From: Eledone cirrhosa
Taxonomy: Eukaryota
Assembly (NCBI GenBank): GCA_964016885.1
Contig: OZ024743.1
Location: forward strand, 106,702,001 to 106,766,000
Length of the DNA stretch: 64,000 nt
Direction: 5' to 3'
Below, in pieces: positions 1 to 14,262 of the stretch. The position numbers were made by a program, and so were the translations under genes. The stretch's first letter is position 1, and each line of letters begins with the position of its first letter. The notes beneath the pieces were generated by a model that had not been told where the DNA came from, searched no databases, and worked only from the letters and a program-made list of their open reading frames with translations.

Positions 1-63
1 CACACACACATACACATATACATATATATACACACACACATATATATATATATATACATATTC

Positions 64-107
<44 letters not shown>

Positions 108-221
108 CACACACATACATAGACACACATATATATATATATACACACACACATGTATATATATGCACACACACACACATATACACATATATACATATAT
201 ACACACATACACCATACATAC

Positions 222-293
<72 letters not shown>

Positions 294-305
294 GTATACA
301 CATAT

Positions 306-345
<40 letters not shown>

Positions 346-365
346 ATTCACATATACACATATAC

Positions 366-400
<35 letters not shown>

Positions 401-453
401 TATACCTATATACACATACATGCATATATATATACACACACACACATATATAT

Positions 454-512
<59 letters not shown>
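1..512. repeat. Compound (TA)n/(CA)n microsatellite; inverted homologue of the tract at 3858-4193
   Basis: Dinucleotide arrays. Landmark motifs at 1-40, 113-131 and 205-223 are reverse complements of motifs at about 4155-4193, 4131-4149 and 4014-4032. Confidence 0.85.
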
Positions 513-516
<4 letters not shown>

Positions 517-520
517 ATTA

Positions 521-1128
521 CACTTCCCCATACAACATAGGTACCACACCATCTTTAATAAGAACAGAATAAGACTCTCCTACTCCACCACACCTGACCT
601 AGCTAGGAATATAGCCAACCACAATTCTAAAAAATTAAATAAGCCAACCACCTCCGAACTCAATCCCCGGACTGGGGCTCTGTGTAATTGCCTAAAGAAG
701 GAAGCATGCCCACTTGAAAACAAATGCCTCACAAATGATATCGGATACAAATGCGATGTCATCTCAGACACCGATGATTGCAAAAAAACTTACATCGGCA
801 CGACCTCCAACACTTTAAGACCCGTTGGTATGCCCATACCCACTCCTTCAGAAGACCGGACAAATCAATCCAGACAACATTCGCCTCCTATGTTTGGGAC
901 CTCAAAAGGAACTCGACCCCCTTCACGCTTAAATGGAAAATACTCCAGAAAGCGCGCTCTTACAACGGAGGACAAAAGGGCTGCGACCTTTGTATCTCAG
1001 AGAGCTACGAAATTTTATTCGCCAAGGGCCTGCTACTGAACAAACTCTCTGAACACTGCCCGAACTGCATGCACAATAACTTTGCAACTTTCAAATATGT
1101 TAAGCCAGTGTTAAAGCCCGATGGCTAA
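521..1128 (+). pseudogene. Naiad-like PLE C-terminal fragment (linker + GIY-YIG endonuclease), one frameshift near 811
   Basis: Manual translation: [89 protein letters not shown]. Motif order matches the 45680-46846 ORF and Naiad-type PLEs. Confidence 0.85.
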
Positions 1129-1259
1129 AAACGACCTCCTCCTATTGGCCCCTATACCTCCTTCCCACCCCACCCCCACCCCTCCTCAACCTGAAATACG
1201 GCCACTATGGTTATGTGAGTACCTCTTACCTATTTGTATTTTCTGCCTGTAGAGCTGTT

Positions 1260-2330
<1,071 letters not shown>

Positions 2331-2346
2331 TATATATATATATATA

Positions 2347-3857
2347 TAAATATCTTTAAGTCGTTTGGAAGCCATGATAATGCAAATGGGTAAATCTCCG
2401 GGTAACAAGATCCGGTGGTGGAGAGAGAGATGTAAGTGGGTATACGTTGAATTGCGTGGTGTGTATGAGATGTGTAGAAGAATGAAGGAATGAGTATAAA
2501 GGATAAAATAAAAATAACAACACGAGAGAGTGTTACCTTGGGAGAGATTTAATAGTCCCTATATATTTCGGATTCACATCCATCAACTGGGGGTTTTTTC
2601 CGGGGTGGGGGAAAGGTTGTCTGTCGGACAGGTGCGAACGAAACGCGTCCTCCGCTGTTTGTTGTTTTGAACAAGTGAGGTATTCGGCAGAGCGCGCGTG
2701 CGCGTGAAATGGGGTCGGTCAGGCAAAAGTCAGCGGCCGAATGAGGGAGTGGGGTGGCGCTAGTCCATTCTCTGCTTGTTTGTTAAATGTTACTGTGCGT
2801 GTGTGTGCGTGTGTTGTTGTCTCGCTTGAGTGTGTGTGTGTGTGTGCGTGTGTTGTTGCCATGTTCCTCTGTATTGGCAGTGTAGTATGTTCGTATAGTG
2901 GAATGCTACTGTGTGTGTGTGCGTGTGTGTGTGTGTGTGTGCGTGTGTTGCTGAATCGTTTGTTAGCTTAAACCGGCCATCTCATTTCGCTTCTCTCTGA
3001 TCGGTTGTTTATTTGCGGTTGCAGGCGTTTGATAAACAGTGCTTCCTTGATACGTAACGTGCTGACGTTTCTTTCAGTCGCTAGAATTGTGACAATGGGC
3101 CTTCCGTCTTTGTTTCCGCATTTGTCTATGTGTTTCCGGAAATACGAGGCCCTGGTTTTAGTGTGTTCCTTGATCCGGATGTGCAAAGGTCGGATTGTGC
3201 TACCTATGTAGTATTGGTTGCACCTGTCACATTCTATCTTATACACGACGTATGTGCGTAGGCAAAAGTTCGCATGGCGTATCGGGCAGTCTCTGGGGGA
3301 GCATGAGTCAGTAGATTTGCCGGGTTTCCTGGAGAGGCATCTTCGCAGGGAGGGGCCCGAGTGGGCCAGGTGGATGTCGAGGCCCTCCGTCCGTATAGCC
3401 TTGCTAGCGCCACCCCACTCCCTCATTCAGCCGCTGACCTCTGCCCGACCGACCCCATTTCACGCGCACGCGCGCTCTGCCGAATACTTCACATATTCAA
3501 AACAACAAACAGCGGAGGACGCGTTTCGCACCTGTCCGACAGACAACCTTTCAACCACCCCGGAAAAAAAACCCAGTTGATGGATGTGAATCCGAAATAT
3601 ATAGGGACTATTAAATCTCTCCCAAGGTAACTCTCTCTTGTGTTGTTATTTTTATCTTATCCTTTATACCCTTTCCTTCATTCTTCTACACATCTCATAC
3701 ACACCACGCATCTCAACGTACACCCACTTACATCTCTCTCTGCACCACCGGATCTTGTTACCCGGAGATTTACCCATTTGCATTGTCGAGGCTTCCAAAC
3801 GACTTAAAGATATTTACTTATTATTCCACAATGCTTCAAGCAAACTTCAATACTCTC
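2347..3857 (-). mobile_element. 5'-truncated Penelope/Poseidon-like PLE: inverted 5' pLTR (3403-3857), GIY-YIG fragment (3402-2968), 3' UTR and pLTR (2763-2347)
   Basis: 2347-2763 is the reverse complement of 3403-3815. ORF 2968-3426 has VVYKIECDRCNQYYIGST.RPLHIRIKEH and LRIKEALFI..LQPQINNR. Flanked by (TA)n. Confidence 0.9.
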
Positions 3858-3964
3858 TTATATATATATATATGTATATGTGTATAAGTGTATGTATGTG
3901 TGTATATATATATATGTGTGTATATATGTATATGTATATATATATATGTATATATGTGTGTATA

Positions 3965-4012
<48 letters not shown>

Positions 4013-4193
4013 CATGTATGTATGGTGTATGTGTGTGTATGTGTGTATATATGTATATATGTTTATATGTGTGTGTGTATATATATATATATATGTGTGT
4101 GTATATATATATATATGTGTGTGTATATATATGTGTGTCTATGTATGTGTGTGTGTGTGTGTGTATATATATATGTATATGTGTATGTGTGTG

Positions 4194-4809
4194 TTTATGG
4201 GTGCGGGCGACTGTGTGAGTGAGTGTGTTTGTGAATGTGTCTGTTGATTTTTGGCATATAGTTGAATAGTTTAAGAGAAATTTGAAGATAATTGTATGAT
4301 ATGCACTTAATATTTTGAATTTATCTACAGAATTCTCTAAACCTTTGTCACTTAGTAGAACCTTAAAGAATTTAGCTTTTAAAGAATCTCCCTTTCCTTT
4401 AAATCTATCTACCATGACTGAAACACACTGATCTTATAGACACCTGTTAGCTTAAGAGAAACTTATTAATAAGGAGGGGCACCCCATCCTGAACCTGTTT
4501 ATAGAATTCTTTCTGCCTTTGTTACTCTAAAAATAAAAATAATGTATAGCTTTGTAAAATTAGCTTTTAATGAATTCCCTTTTCTATCAAGCAATGACCT
4601 ACACCCATCCCACTCCCCACCCTCTCCTACCACTTGTAGAGACTTATAAATACCATGCTTATTTTTTGATAACCAGATTCCTGATAATTTCTAAAGAATG
4701 AAACAGTTCTAGTCCTGTAGAATCTCATCTATATTAAAACTTCTATTATCTGCAATGTATTGAGTACCTTACTTACTGTGGTTACCTCCAATTCAACCCG
4801 GAATAACGT
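4194..4809 (+). mobile_element. PLE 3' UTR/pLTR with type I HHR; probably the 3' end of the Naiad-like element whose ORF lies at 521-1128
   Basis: Homologous to 52985-53560 (minus) and 54646-54804 (plus); ends in (TA)n. Confidence 0.8.
4675..4725 (+). ncRNA. Type I hammerhead ribozyme with a G8A core mutation (CUGAUAA), probably inactive
   Basis: agattc-CTGATAA-tttc taaa gaat-GAAA-cag ttctagtc ctg-TA-gaatct; the intact version is at 54671-54721. Confidence 0.8.
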
Positions 4810-4842
4810 ATATATATATAAATATATATATATATATGATAT

Positions 4843-6975
4843 ATTTTCTTAGGTCTTTTTGGAAGCCTCAACAATGCAGATGGGTAATTCTTCGGGTAAC
4901 GAGATCCGGTGGTGAAGAGAGAGATGTAAGTGAATGTAGAATTAGATGTATAGTGTGTAGAAGAACGTAGGAAAGAGCGTAAACAATAAAAATAATAACA
5001 CGAGATAGAGTTACCTTGGGGGAGATTTAATTGTCCCTATATATTTCGGATTGACATCCACCAACTGGGGGGGGGGGGTTCCGTGGGGGGGGGGGGTATC
5101 TGTCGGAAAGGTGCGAAACGTGTCCTCCGTCGCTGTTCGTTGTTTTGAATATCTGAGGTATTCAGCAGAGCGCGCGCGCGCGTGAAATGGGGTCAGTCAA
5201 GTAGAGATCGGCGGCCGAAATAGTTCTTTTAATTGTGGGAATGGGGTGGCGTTAGCTGTCAATCCATTGTATTATCTGCCCGTGCTGGTTTCTGTATTAG
5301 CAGTGTTGAATAGTGTGTGGTGGTGATAGTATTCTCTGCCTGTTTGGTGAATGTTACTGTGTGTCTACGTGTGTTGTTGTCTCGCTTGTGTGTGTGTGTG
5401 TGCGTGTGTTGTTGCCTCATTTGTCTGTATTAGAAGTGTAGTATATTCGTATGGTGGAATGCTACTGTGTGTGTGTGTGTGTGTGTGTGTGTTCGTGTGT
5501 TGTTGTCTTGCTTGTGTGTGTGCATGTGTTGTTGCCTCGTTTGTTTATTTATACCAACCACCTCATTTCGCTTCTCTCGGATCGGTTATTTATTTGTGGC
5601 TCTAGGTGTTTGATCCAAAGTGCTTTCATGATTCGTAATGTACCAACGTTTCTTCCCGGCGCCAGAACTGTGACAATGGGCCCTCCGTCCTTGTTTCCGC
5701 ATTTGGTTATGTGTTTCCGAAAAGACGAGGCCCTGGTGTTGATGTGCTCCTTGATCCGGATTGTACTACCTATATTGTAGTAGTTGCACTTGTTACATTC
5801 TACCTTATACTACGACGTATGTGCGTAGGCAACAGTTCGTATGGCGCATCGGGCAGTTTCTGAGGGAGCACGCGTCAGTCGATTTCCCGGGTTTCCTGGA
5901 GAGGCATCTTCGCAGGGGGGGGGGACCCGAGTGGGCCAGGTGGATGTCGAGTCACTCCCTCCGTATAGCCTTGCGGATAGCGTTGGTGGTATTCTCGCCC
6001 AGGTGTGGTATTTTAAGCAAGCACTTGCCTTGGGCGTTTCTCTGCCTCTTGCGTCTGGTGTCTCTTATTCTGTTTGTGAGTGAGGCAAGGTACCAGTTCG
6101 TCTCCAGCACTTTGAGGAATCGCTTGGTATGGGTGACACCACTCGCGGGATCGCTGCATCTGTTTTTAATTCGCGTGATCTCGTTTGTGATATATCCTCT
6201 TTTGGCACTGTTAGGGAGGGCAGACTTGTAGTGGACGAACAGGTCCCTGCAGGCTGCCTTGCGGTAGAAGTTGGAGTGGATCCCTCCCTGTTCTGTGATG
6301 TTGATTCGGAAGTCGAGGAGGGCAAGTGACCCGTCGTCGCTGGGGTGTTCAACACTGAAATAAATGTTCTCGTCCCTATTTTTGAACGTTTCATAGATTC
6401 TGTTCGCCATCTATTGGGAAGATGTGAGGATAAGGATATCGTCCACGTACCTTGAGAAAAAGGCGACGGCGTTGGGTGGCAGGTGTTGAGTGCCTTGCGC
6501 TCGAGGCTGTCCATGTATGAGATCGCTAGCACACCCGACAGGCTTGAGCCCATGGGCAGGCCTGAGGTTTGCTGGTATGTTTGGTCGAGGAGTCCGAAGT
6601 ATGTATTGTCAACGACGATGGATAGGAGTTGGTGGATGTCAGTAGTGGTGAGCCTGAAGCAGTGTAGATCGGTAGAGTGGACGCGTTCCATTAGTATATT
6701 AACGGCCGGGAGTGCCGGGACCGAGGTTTAAAGAGCGACTACATCAAGGCTGAAGTCATAGCTGTTAGCCTTTCTGGTGTCGGGATCCATTTGATGCAGG
6801 CGCTCCAACACCTCCTCGGAGCTGTTTACGTGTCCCGGCAAGGTGTCTAGGATGGGTTTAAGTATTCTGGCTAGGAGCCATGAAATTTTGTAGAGCGGTC
6901 CTTCAACGGTCGATACAATCATCTTCAGGTCGTGTCCCTTTTTGTGTGTTTTCAAGCAAACTTCAATACTCTCAT
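4843..6975 (-). mobile_element. Penelope/Poseidon-like PLE, 5'-truncated and frameshifted RT + GIY-YIG; same family as 2347-3857
   Basis: KTHK..IVSTVEGPLYKIS, SLDVVAL*TSVP, QTSGLPMGSSLS, RYVDD, LALLDF, FYRK..FVHYKSALP. pLTR at 4843-5250; short inverted tip at 6951-6973 matches 3835-3857. Confidence 0.9.
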
Positions 6976-6983
6976 ATATATAT

Positions 6984-7445
<462 letters not shown>

Positions 7446-7449
7446 ATCT

Positions 7450-8159
7450 CCATGTATGTAAAGAACAACCAGAGACCATTCATCATATAATTTCAATGTG
7501 CAGTCCTATAGATCCAACCGAATACCTAAACAGGCACGACAGAGCTGCACAATACATACATTGGATAATGTGTAAGCATTTTGACCTGCCATATCAAAAG
7601 AATTGGTGGGAGCATCAACCACCTCCCGTACTTGAAAAAGATCACATCTCAATCTTGTGGATCTTTAGCATCCAAACAGACCGAAAAATAGATGCAAATA
7701 GACCTGATAAAATACTGAAGGACTTTACACAGAGGGTATGCCTGCAAATTGATATGTCCGTTCCAATAGACAAGAATGTATCTATAAAAACATTTGAAAT
7801 ATTGAGCAAGTATAAAGACCTGGACATAGAAATTGGGAAAATGTGGAAGTTGAGAACTAAAACAATACCAGTGGTTGTCGGCGCTCTGGGAATGATACCT
7901 AAGAGGTCTAATGATTACTTATCGCAAATCACAGGGAACCCGCGTATAGGAGAAATACAAAACATAGTACTAATGTGAACTGCTCATATACTGAGGAAGA
8001 TTCTGTCAATATTAGTACATCACAAGTCTAAACAACTAATGATGCATGTGTGTGTATGTATGTTCTTTCTTGAACATGGCGCATCGTGTTGTCTCTTGAG
8101 GCCACTGGTTGTGACTTCGTGATAACTCGTATGAACACAAATCAAAATAAATGCAACTG
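7450..8159 (+). mobile_element. R4/Dong-like non-LTR retrotransposon 3' fragment (CCHC knuckle + restriction-like endonuclease) ending in (TAA)n
   Basis: HVCKEQPETIHHIISMC..YLNRHD..IHWIMC..QTDRKIDANRPD..IDMSVP..KYKDL..IPVVVGALG; (TAA)n at 8160-8177. Confidence 0.9.
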
Positions 8160-8180
8160 TAATAATAATAATAATAATGA

Positions 8181-10568
8181 TTTCATTTATTGGCCACAAG
8201 GGCCGACATATAGGGGACAATACAAAAGACTGGAACAGTGGGGTTTTACAGAAAAATCGAGTAAACAATATGAATAACAATAACAAAGTAACACTAACAA
8301 AGTAACAAGAAAGTAACAAGAAAATGACAACAAGAAAAAATTTCCCAATAGGGGGGTGACCACCCAGGGTTCGCTCAGGTACCCCACCAGTCCTGAACGA
8401 CCCGACGCTTCGAGAGCACCCTGGAAGGACACCCCTCGTCAAATTTAACTACCTACAGCCGCATGACCAGAGTAGGCCCACTCACACAGGCCATTCTCGC
8501 CACATTCACCCACCTTTCAGCAAATGTACTGGGGGGCAGCACTTCTCTCTCCACCCTCACCTTCCTTTGCAAGTGAAACTTGAAAAAGTTGATGAGGGAT
8601 TGGCCGAAGAGAAAAGTGTCTGTCTTCAGTCCTTTCAACCTCGTCCACCATACAACCTCTTTCGCTACTGCCACCAGACAGAAGAAAATTGCCTGCTCTT
8701 CCTGGACAAAAGTAGGCGGCGGGTCGTTCTTCACTATGGACTCGGCCGATAGCCGGATCCGTTCTACACGCGACAACAGCTGTTCAACATAACTCCACAA
8801 GTCAGGAATGCACGGACACTGGACGAGTTCGTGCAGAACGGTTTCGTCGCTCTGCGCGCATCTCGGTCAGGTCCGTCTGACAGCACTTCCGTGCCTGTAG
8901 AGTTAATCTCGAACCGGGAGTGCCCGCCGATAGCACTGCCAAGCGAGGGATTTTTGGAAATTATCCATCGTCCCCGGCTCGAAAGTCCTCCGGTACAGAC
9001 TAGTTAGTTCGACTTTCTTGACTCCCAGAGCCTCTCCGAGTGCGTCGTCGCACTTGCTCACCACTAATCCTCTATAGAACTCGAGAGTGGAAGTTCCACT
9101 GACCGCATTGCCCGCCTGGTAGAGGGCAGTGAGTGCCTGGTAACATTCCAGATGGCAGTCACCCAGTCTCAGACTCTTCTTGACCCAGGACTGCAGCTCA
9201 GTCAAAGAAACTACCTGCGGAAAGGGTCCGTCTGACAAACGGCGACCACACCTGTTCACCGTTTAGGCAGAATATCTGGAGATGCCGCAGCCTCAGCGCG
9301 TGCCTGCACATCATTAGCCACGGCATGCCCAGCCCTCCACGTAGAGGGTGCTGGCAGCAGATGGACCGCCTCAACAGCGGAACCTGACCCCTCCACAAGA
9401 ATTTGAAGAGGAGCCGCTCCAAGATGGCGAGGCTCGAACGGGGGCAAGGGACGACGGTCAGACGGTAGTAGATGACGGAAGCGATGTACGCGTTCGCCAT
9501 CTCCGCCCGACCTTTCAGTGATAGCTTCATCGCAGCCCATTTCTTGGTAAGAGGCTACCCTGCCCGTCACCTCGTCCCAATTCTTATTCACCTGGAGGTC
9601 TGGCCCGAACCAAACCCCTAGCAACTTTACACGTCCGTCCGTCCAGCGCCTAACGACTCTCTTGGACGGCATGGACTTGCCTCTCCAGGTGCCGAGTTGC
9701 AAGCCCACCGACTTTTCCGGGTTAAGTTTTGCTCCCGTCAACCTTTCATATTCCTCCAATAAGTTGCCGACCACCTCGATTTCTGAGGTGTCCGACACCA
9801 TCACGGTGATGTCGTTCGCATAAGCCGACACCGCCTTTCCGCGTTCCAGTTCGAGCGGGATGCCCTGCAACAGCTCCAGCTTCCGCAGTAAAGGCGCGAG
9901 AGTCAATACGTACAGAAGGGAGGAGAGAGGGCACCCTTGACAGACCTATAGGGAGACCTGAAACGGTTCCGAGAGGTGGCCATTAATTTTGACCATCGAG
10001 CAGGTGCCGCTGTGCATTGCAGCGATCCAGTTTCTGAAGATAGGGCCGAAGCCAGCCGCCTTGAGGACAGCCTCCAGGTAACGATGGTCGACCCTATCGA
10101 ATGCTTTCGATTGATCTAAATTGATTAGAGCCCCACCAAAGCCAGGTTTACACCCTACCCTCTCTATGATGTATCGCATTAGGTGGAGGTTGTCGTGTAT
10201 GGACCTGGTTGTGATTGCGCAAGTTTGCGCCTCCCCAACCAAATCCCCGTCTACAAGCGCCAACCTTTTCGCTAACACCCTGGCCAAAATCTTAAACTCT
10301 GTGCTGAGCAGAGTTATGGGCCTGAAATTGTCTAATGTGTCCCTCTTGTTCTCGTCTTTCCTTATCAGCGTCACTACGCCCAGGCTCACAGAACTGGGAA
10401 TACACACGTTTTGCTGCCAGTTGCAGTAGACGGCTACGAGGAGATTGGAGAACAAGTCTGGCATATTTACGTAAAGCTCGTAGGGCAGGCCATCTAAACC
10501 GGGTGTCTTGCGCCTCATCCAGCTGACAAGGCCATCCTGAATCTCGGCTGAAGTAATTGGCCTTTCGC
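8181..10568 (-). mobile_element. Tx1-clade LINE, 5'-truncated and frameshifted ORF2 (RT + C-terminus) with 3' UTR
   Basis: KTPGLDGLPYELY, FRPITLL, LDQSKAFDRVDH, QGCPLSPLLY, SAYANDI (YADD mutated); colinear with 17590-19955; AATAAA then (ATT)n at its 3' end. Confidence 0.93.
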
Positions 10569-10964
10569 TGATGCCCTGATTAACTTTTTCAAATTTCATC
10601 TGAAAGGGAAAATCAGGGTAGAGAGGAAAGTGTTCTCTTCCCAGCATTTGTTGTAAGATGGGTGAGAGAGGCAAGAATGGTCAGCGTGAATGGACCTACT
10701 CTGAGTATGTGTCTGTAAATTAAAGGTGGAAACCTGGGAGAGGGCACTTGCCCTGGTGGTCAGGGTCACTGTGGATTTTTAATGGGCTTTCTCCACAAAT
10801 GTCCCTCTGAAGTCTCCCCCCTATTGGGGAATTTTTCATTGTTATTTTTTTATTACATGCACTGTTTTTTTTACACGTAGAAATGCCTATTTGTACCGTC
10901 CTGTATTGTCCTGTACTATCCGTAATGTCTACTCTATGTAAACCCTTGTGGTTAATAAAGAAAG

Positions 10965-10966
<2 letters not shown>
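10569..10966 (+). mobile_element. Tx1-clade LINE 3'-end fragment ending in (ATT)n
   Basis: Closely matches 19553-19955; followed by (ATT)n at 10967-10998. Confidence 0.92.
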
Positions 10967-10998
<32 letters not shown>

Positions 10999-13900
10999 TG
11001 AGTCTCAGTCATTGATGTTAGTTAATTGGAAAGTTTGTTGAAATGAATATCAAGCCACTACCTGCAGCCTCAGATATTCAGGACGTATCGGAGGGTTCTT
11101 GCTGTTCCCAGCAAGCATGCCTTTTAAAGCGTTCTAAAAAGCGTGAAGGGGCCAATTTTCTTTAACCATCCCTGGAAACTTTTTGCGATAGTACCTAGTG
11201 TGCCTATGACAATCGGGACCACTTTGACTTCATGGCAGTTCCAAATCCTTTTTACCTCCCACTATAAGTCCTGGTATCGGTTAATTTTCTCCCTCTTCTT
11301 CTCTTGCACTCTCGTGTCGAATGGGCAGGCCACATCCACAATCAGGCTATCTTTTTTCTTTATCCACAACCACCAGATCAGGTCTATTGTATTCCAGTTT
11401 CTTGTCCGTCTGTATCCTAAAATCCCACAGCACCTTCACCTGATCGTTTTCTATCACCGACTCTGGCTTATGCTCATACCACTTCTCAGAATATGGTAAA
11501 TTGTTTACTTTGCACAGATGCCAGTGGATCAGCCTGCCCATCACATCATGTCTCCAACCCTTATAGTGAGTCTGCGCTAGGTGTTTACACTCGGATACAA
11601 TGTGAGCCACAGTCTACTCTCTCTCTCCACAGATCCTGCACAGTGGGCTAGCCTCCTCCTTGTAAATATGGTGTTTCAACCACTTCGTTTTGAGGGCCTG
11701 CTCCTGCGCAGCCATTAACATTCCTTCTGTAGCCTTTTTAAGGTGTCCTCTTTTCAACCAGTTCCATGTCTGTGGATCTCTAAGTTCAGATTTCTCAAAG
11801 AAGGTACTATGAAGGGATTTTTCCTGAAGGTTGCTCTTTCTCCGTGTTATTTCCTCCTTGGACATCTCTTGGTCTATTGTCCCCTCCTTCAGTACAGTTC
11901 TGAACATTGGCTCCTTACTATCAGTCACGTATTTGTGTAGGTTGTTTTTCTCCATCTGAACACAGTCCTCTCTGCTGATAAGACCTCTTCCACCTTCAGA
12001 TCTCCTTAAGTAGAGTCTATCGACATCACTCCTCTTGTGGAGCATGTTGTAGATAGTCTATAGCTTCCTAGTTTCCTATCCATTTCTTTTTGTTCAGCAA
12101 CATTCCATCTCAGAATTCCCGCACTGTACCTAATAATAGACACAGCTCGGGAATGTACTGCACTTATGGCATTCCTACTATTCAGATGTGACTTTAATAC
12201 GCTCCTTACTCTCCGAATGTATTCATTTTTTTGTTCTTGATGTCATCAGCCTCCAGAACACCCAAATACTTGTATCCTTCTTCAGGGTCAATTTCCTTTA
12301 TCAGCTCACCTGTTGGTACCTGGATTTCGTTACTTCTGCTCAATTTACCCCTCTTCATCACAATGACTCCACACTTACTAATACCAAATTGCATACATAT
12401 ATCATTGCTGAAAATACGTGTCAACAAGCACATCCAACTCCTTCTCACTCTTCCCGAAGAGCTTAAGATCGTCCATGAAGAGGCGGTGATTGATGGTAAG
12501 CCCTCACTTTCTCAACCTGTATACTGCTCTCACTTTTCGCAGTACACTGGTCAGGGGCATCAGGGCAAGGACAAACAACAGAGGGGACAGACTATCTCCC
12601 TTGATCTTCACGCTTCCCAAGGATTCTCCAGTTGATGTTAACTCTGTTTCCCAGGACTTCATACTTTTGCCGAACAACAGTCTGATGTCATCTGCCACCT
12701 TGAAGATCTCCAGGCTTTTGGTGATCCAAGAATGAGGCACCATGTCAAATGCCTTTTTGTAGTCTATCCATCCCATGGCAAGACCAGTGTGTCTCCTCTT
12801 ACAATTCTTCATTACCATCTTATCAATAAGTAACTGGTCCTTTGTACCACGTGACTTCTTTCGGCATCCTTTCTGTTCGTCCGGTAGCAAGTTGTTTGTG
12901 TGGAGGTGATTGTAGATTTCCTCAGACATAATGCTTGTCAACAGTTTCCACATTACGGACAGACATGTGATAGGTCTATAGTTGTAACATCATTACCCTT
13001 GATTCGGTCTTTCATTATCAGAACTGTGGTACCTTTTGTCAAGCACTCTGGTACCTCACCTGACATCAAGCAGTCATTGAACATGGTTGTCAGTTTCGGG
13101 TGGAGGGATGTTATATTTTTAATCCAATACCACTGCACACCATCTGGGCCTGGTGATTTCCAGTTGGTTATTTTTTTGGCCTGCCCCTTAAGAGTTTCAA
13201 CTATGATACTCAAATCAGTTTGTTGGTGTGCCTGTTCACTAATCTCCTTCTGTACTGTCTCAATCCACACTGCCCGGTCATTATGTTTAACATCCTGCTC
13301 CCATATTCCTCTCCAGAACGTTTTAGTTTGTTCCGCCTAAAAGATCAAGTCGTTGCCTCTTTCTTTCCCTTCAAGCTGTCCAAACATCATCTTCTGGTTG
13401 TTGTCGAACATGCGATTCTGTCTATACTGACTGACTGTTCTCGTATCGCCTGATTTGTGCACTCTTTGCTACAATGCGTTGCTTCAGTTCCTCTATGATA
13501 ATATTTACCTTTTTCCTCCTAGTTTTTCCTCCTAGTTTTGTAACAGTCTATTTTTAGTGTCTATGTTTTTTAGTGTCCCATTCAGTAGGGACTCAAGCTT
13601 TCCAGTGTCATTTCTCATTTCCCTGATTTGACCACTCAGTCGTTTCTTCCACCATGGCTCTGATCTTTCTTGTCTGTTGTTTCGTCTCGCTTTTATACCA
13701 AGTAGTTTCCTCACCGTATGTTCTGTTGCTTTGAGGATATTGTTGCACTGGTGAAGGCTCCTCGCCTCAAGGTATGGGATGAATTTGTTTACCTTAGCTG
13801 TTGTTTCTTTTAACTTTCTCCTGTCTACAAATCTTAGGTTCATAGGTTTCCCACTATCATTGTTCAATTCATCTACCACTAAGTTTAGGTTATCAACCAA

Positions 13901-14036
13901 ATCTTGTCCTAGCCGTCAGCATTCATCTCCTCAGTGGCCGTATCTCTGTTCCAGGTATTATTTTTCTCAGCATTCAGATCATTGTCTGCTTCTGGTGGTT
14001 CCTCCGTTCTTCTCCTACTTATTCTTCTTCTTCTTC
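10999..14036 (-). mobile_element. R4/Dong-like non-LTR retrotransposon, decayed (RT + CCHC + restriction-like endonuclease)
   Basis: [91 protein letters not shown]; (TAA)n on its own strand at both ends. Confidence 0.93.
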
Positions 14037-14262
14037 TTATTATTATTATTATTGGCGACCTACGTAGTAAATCGTATCATCGTGAGCTCCGCAAAGGTTT
14101 GTTATTTCCGTTTGTTAAAAATTGCCATTTATGGAAAATTTTTATTGTTAACCATATATAAGCGCACATACATTGTTTTCCGAAAAGGACACCCAAAAAG
14201 ATTGGGGCCTTGTGCCCAAAATTTAAACTTTTATTATTATCAAAATATTTCTTTGATAAAAA

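Noticed and set aside
14054-14130. HDV-like ribozyme at the Tx1 5' end
   Set aside because: No complement to the putative P1 (ggcgacc) and no nested pseudoknot found.
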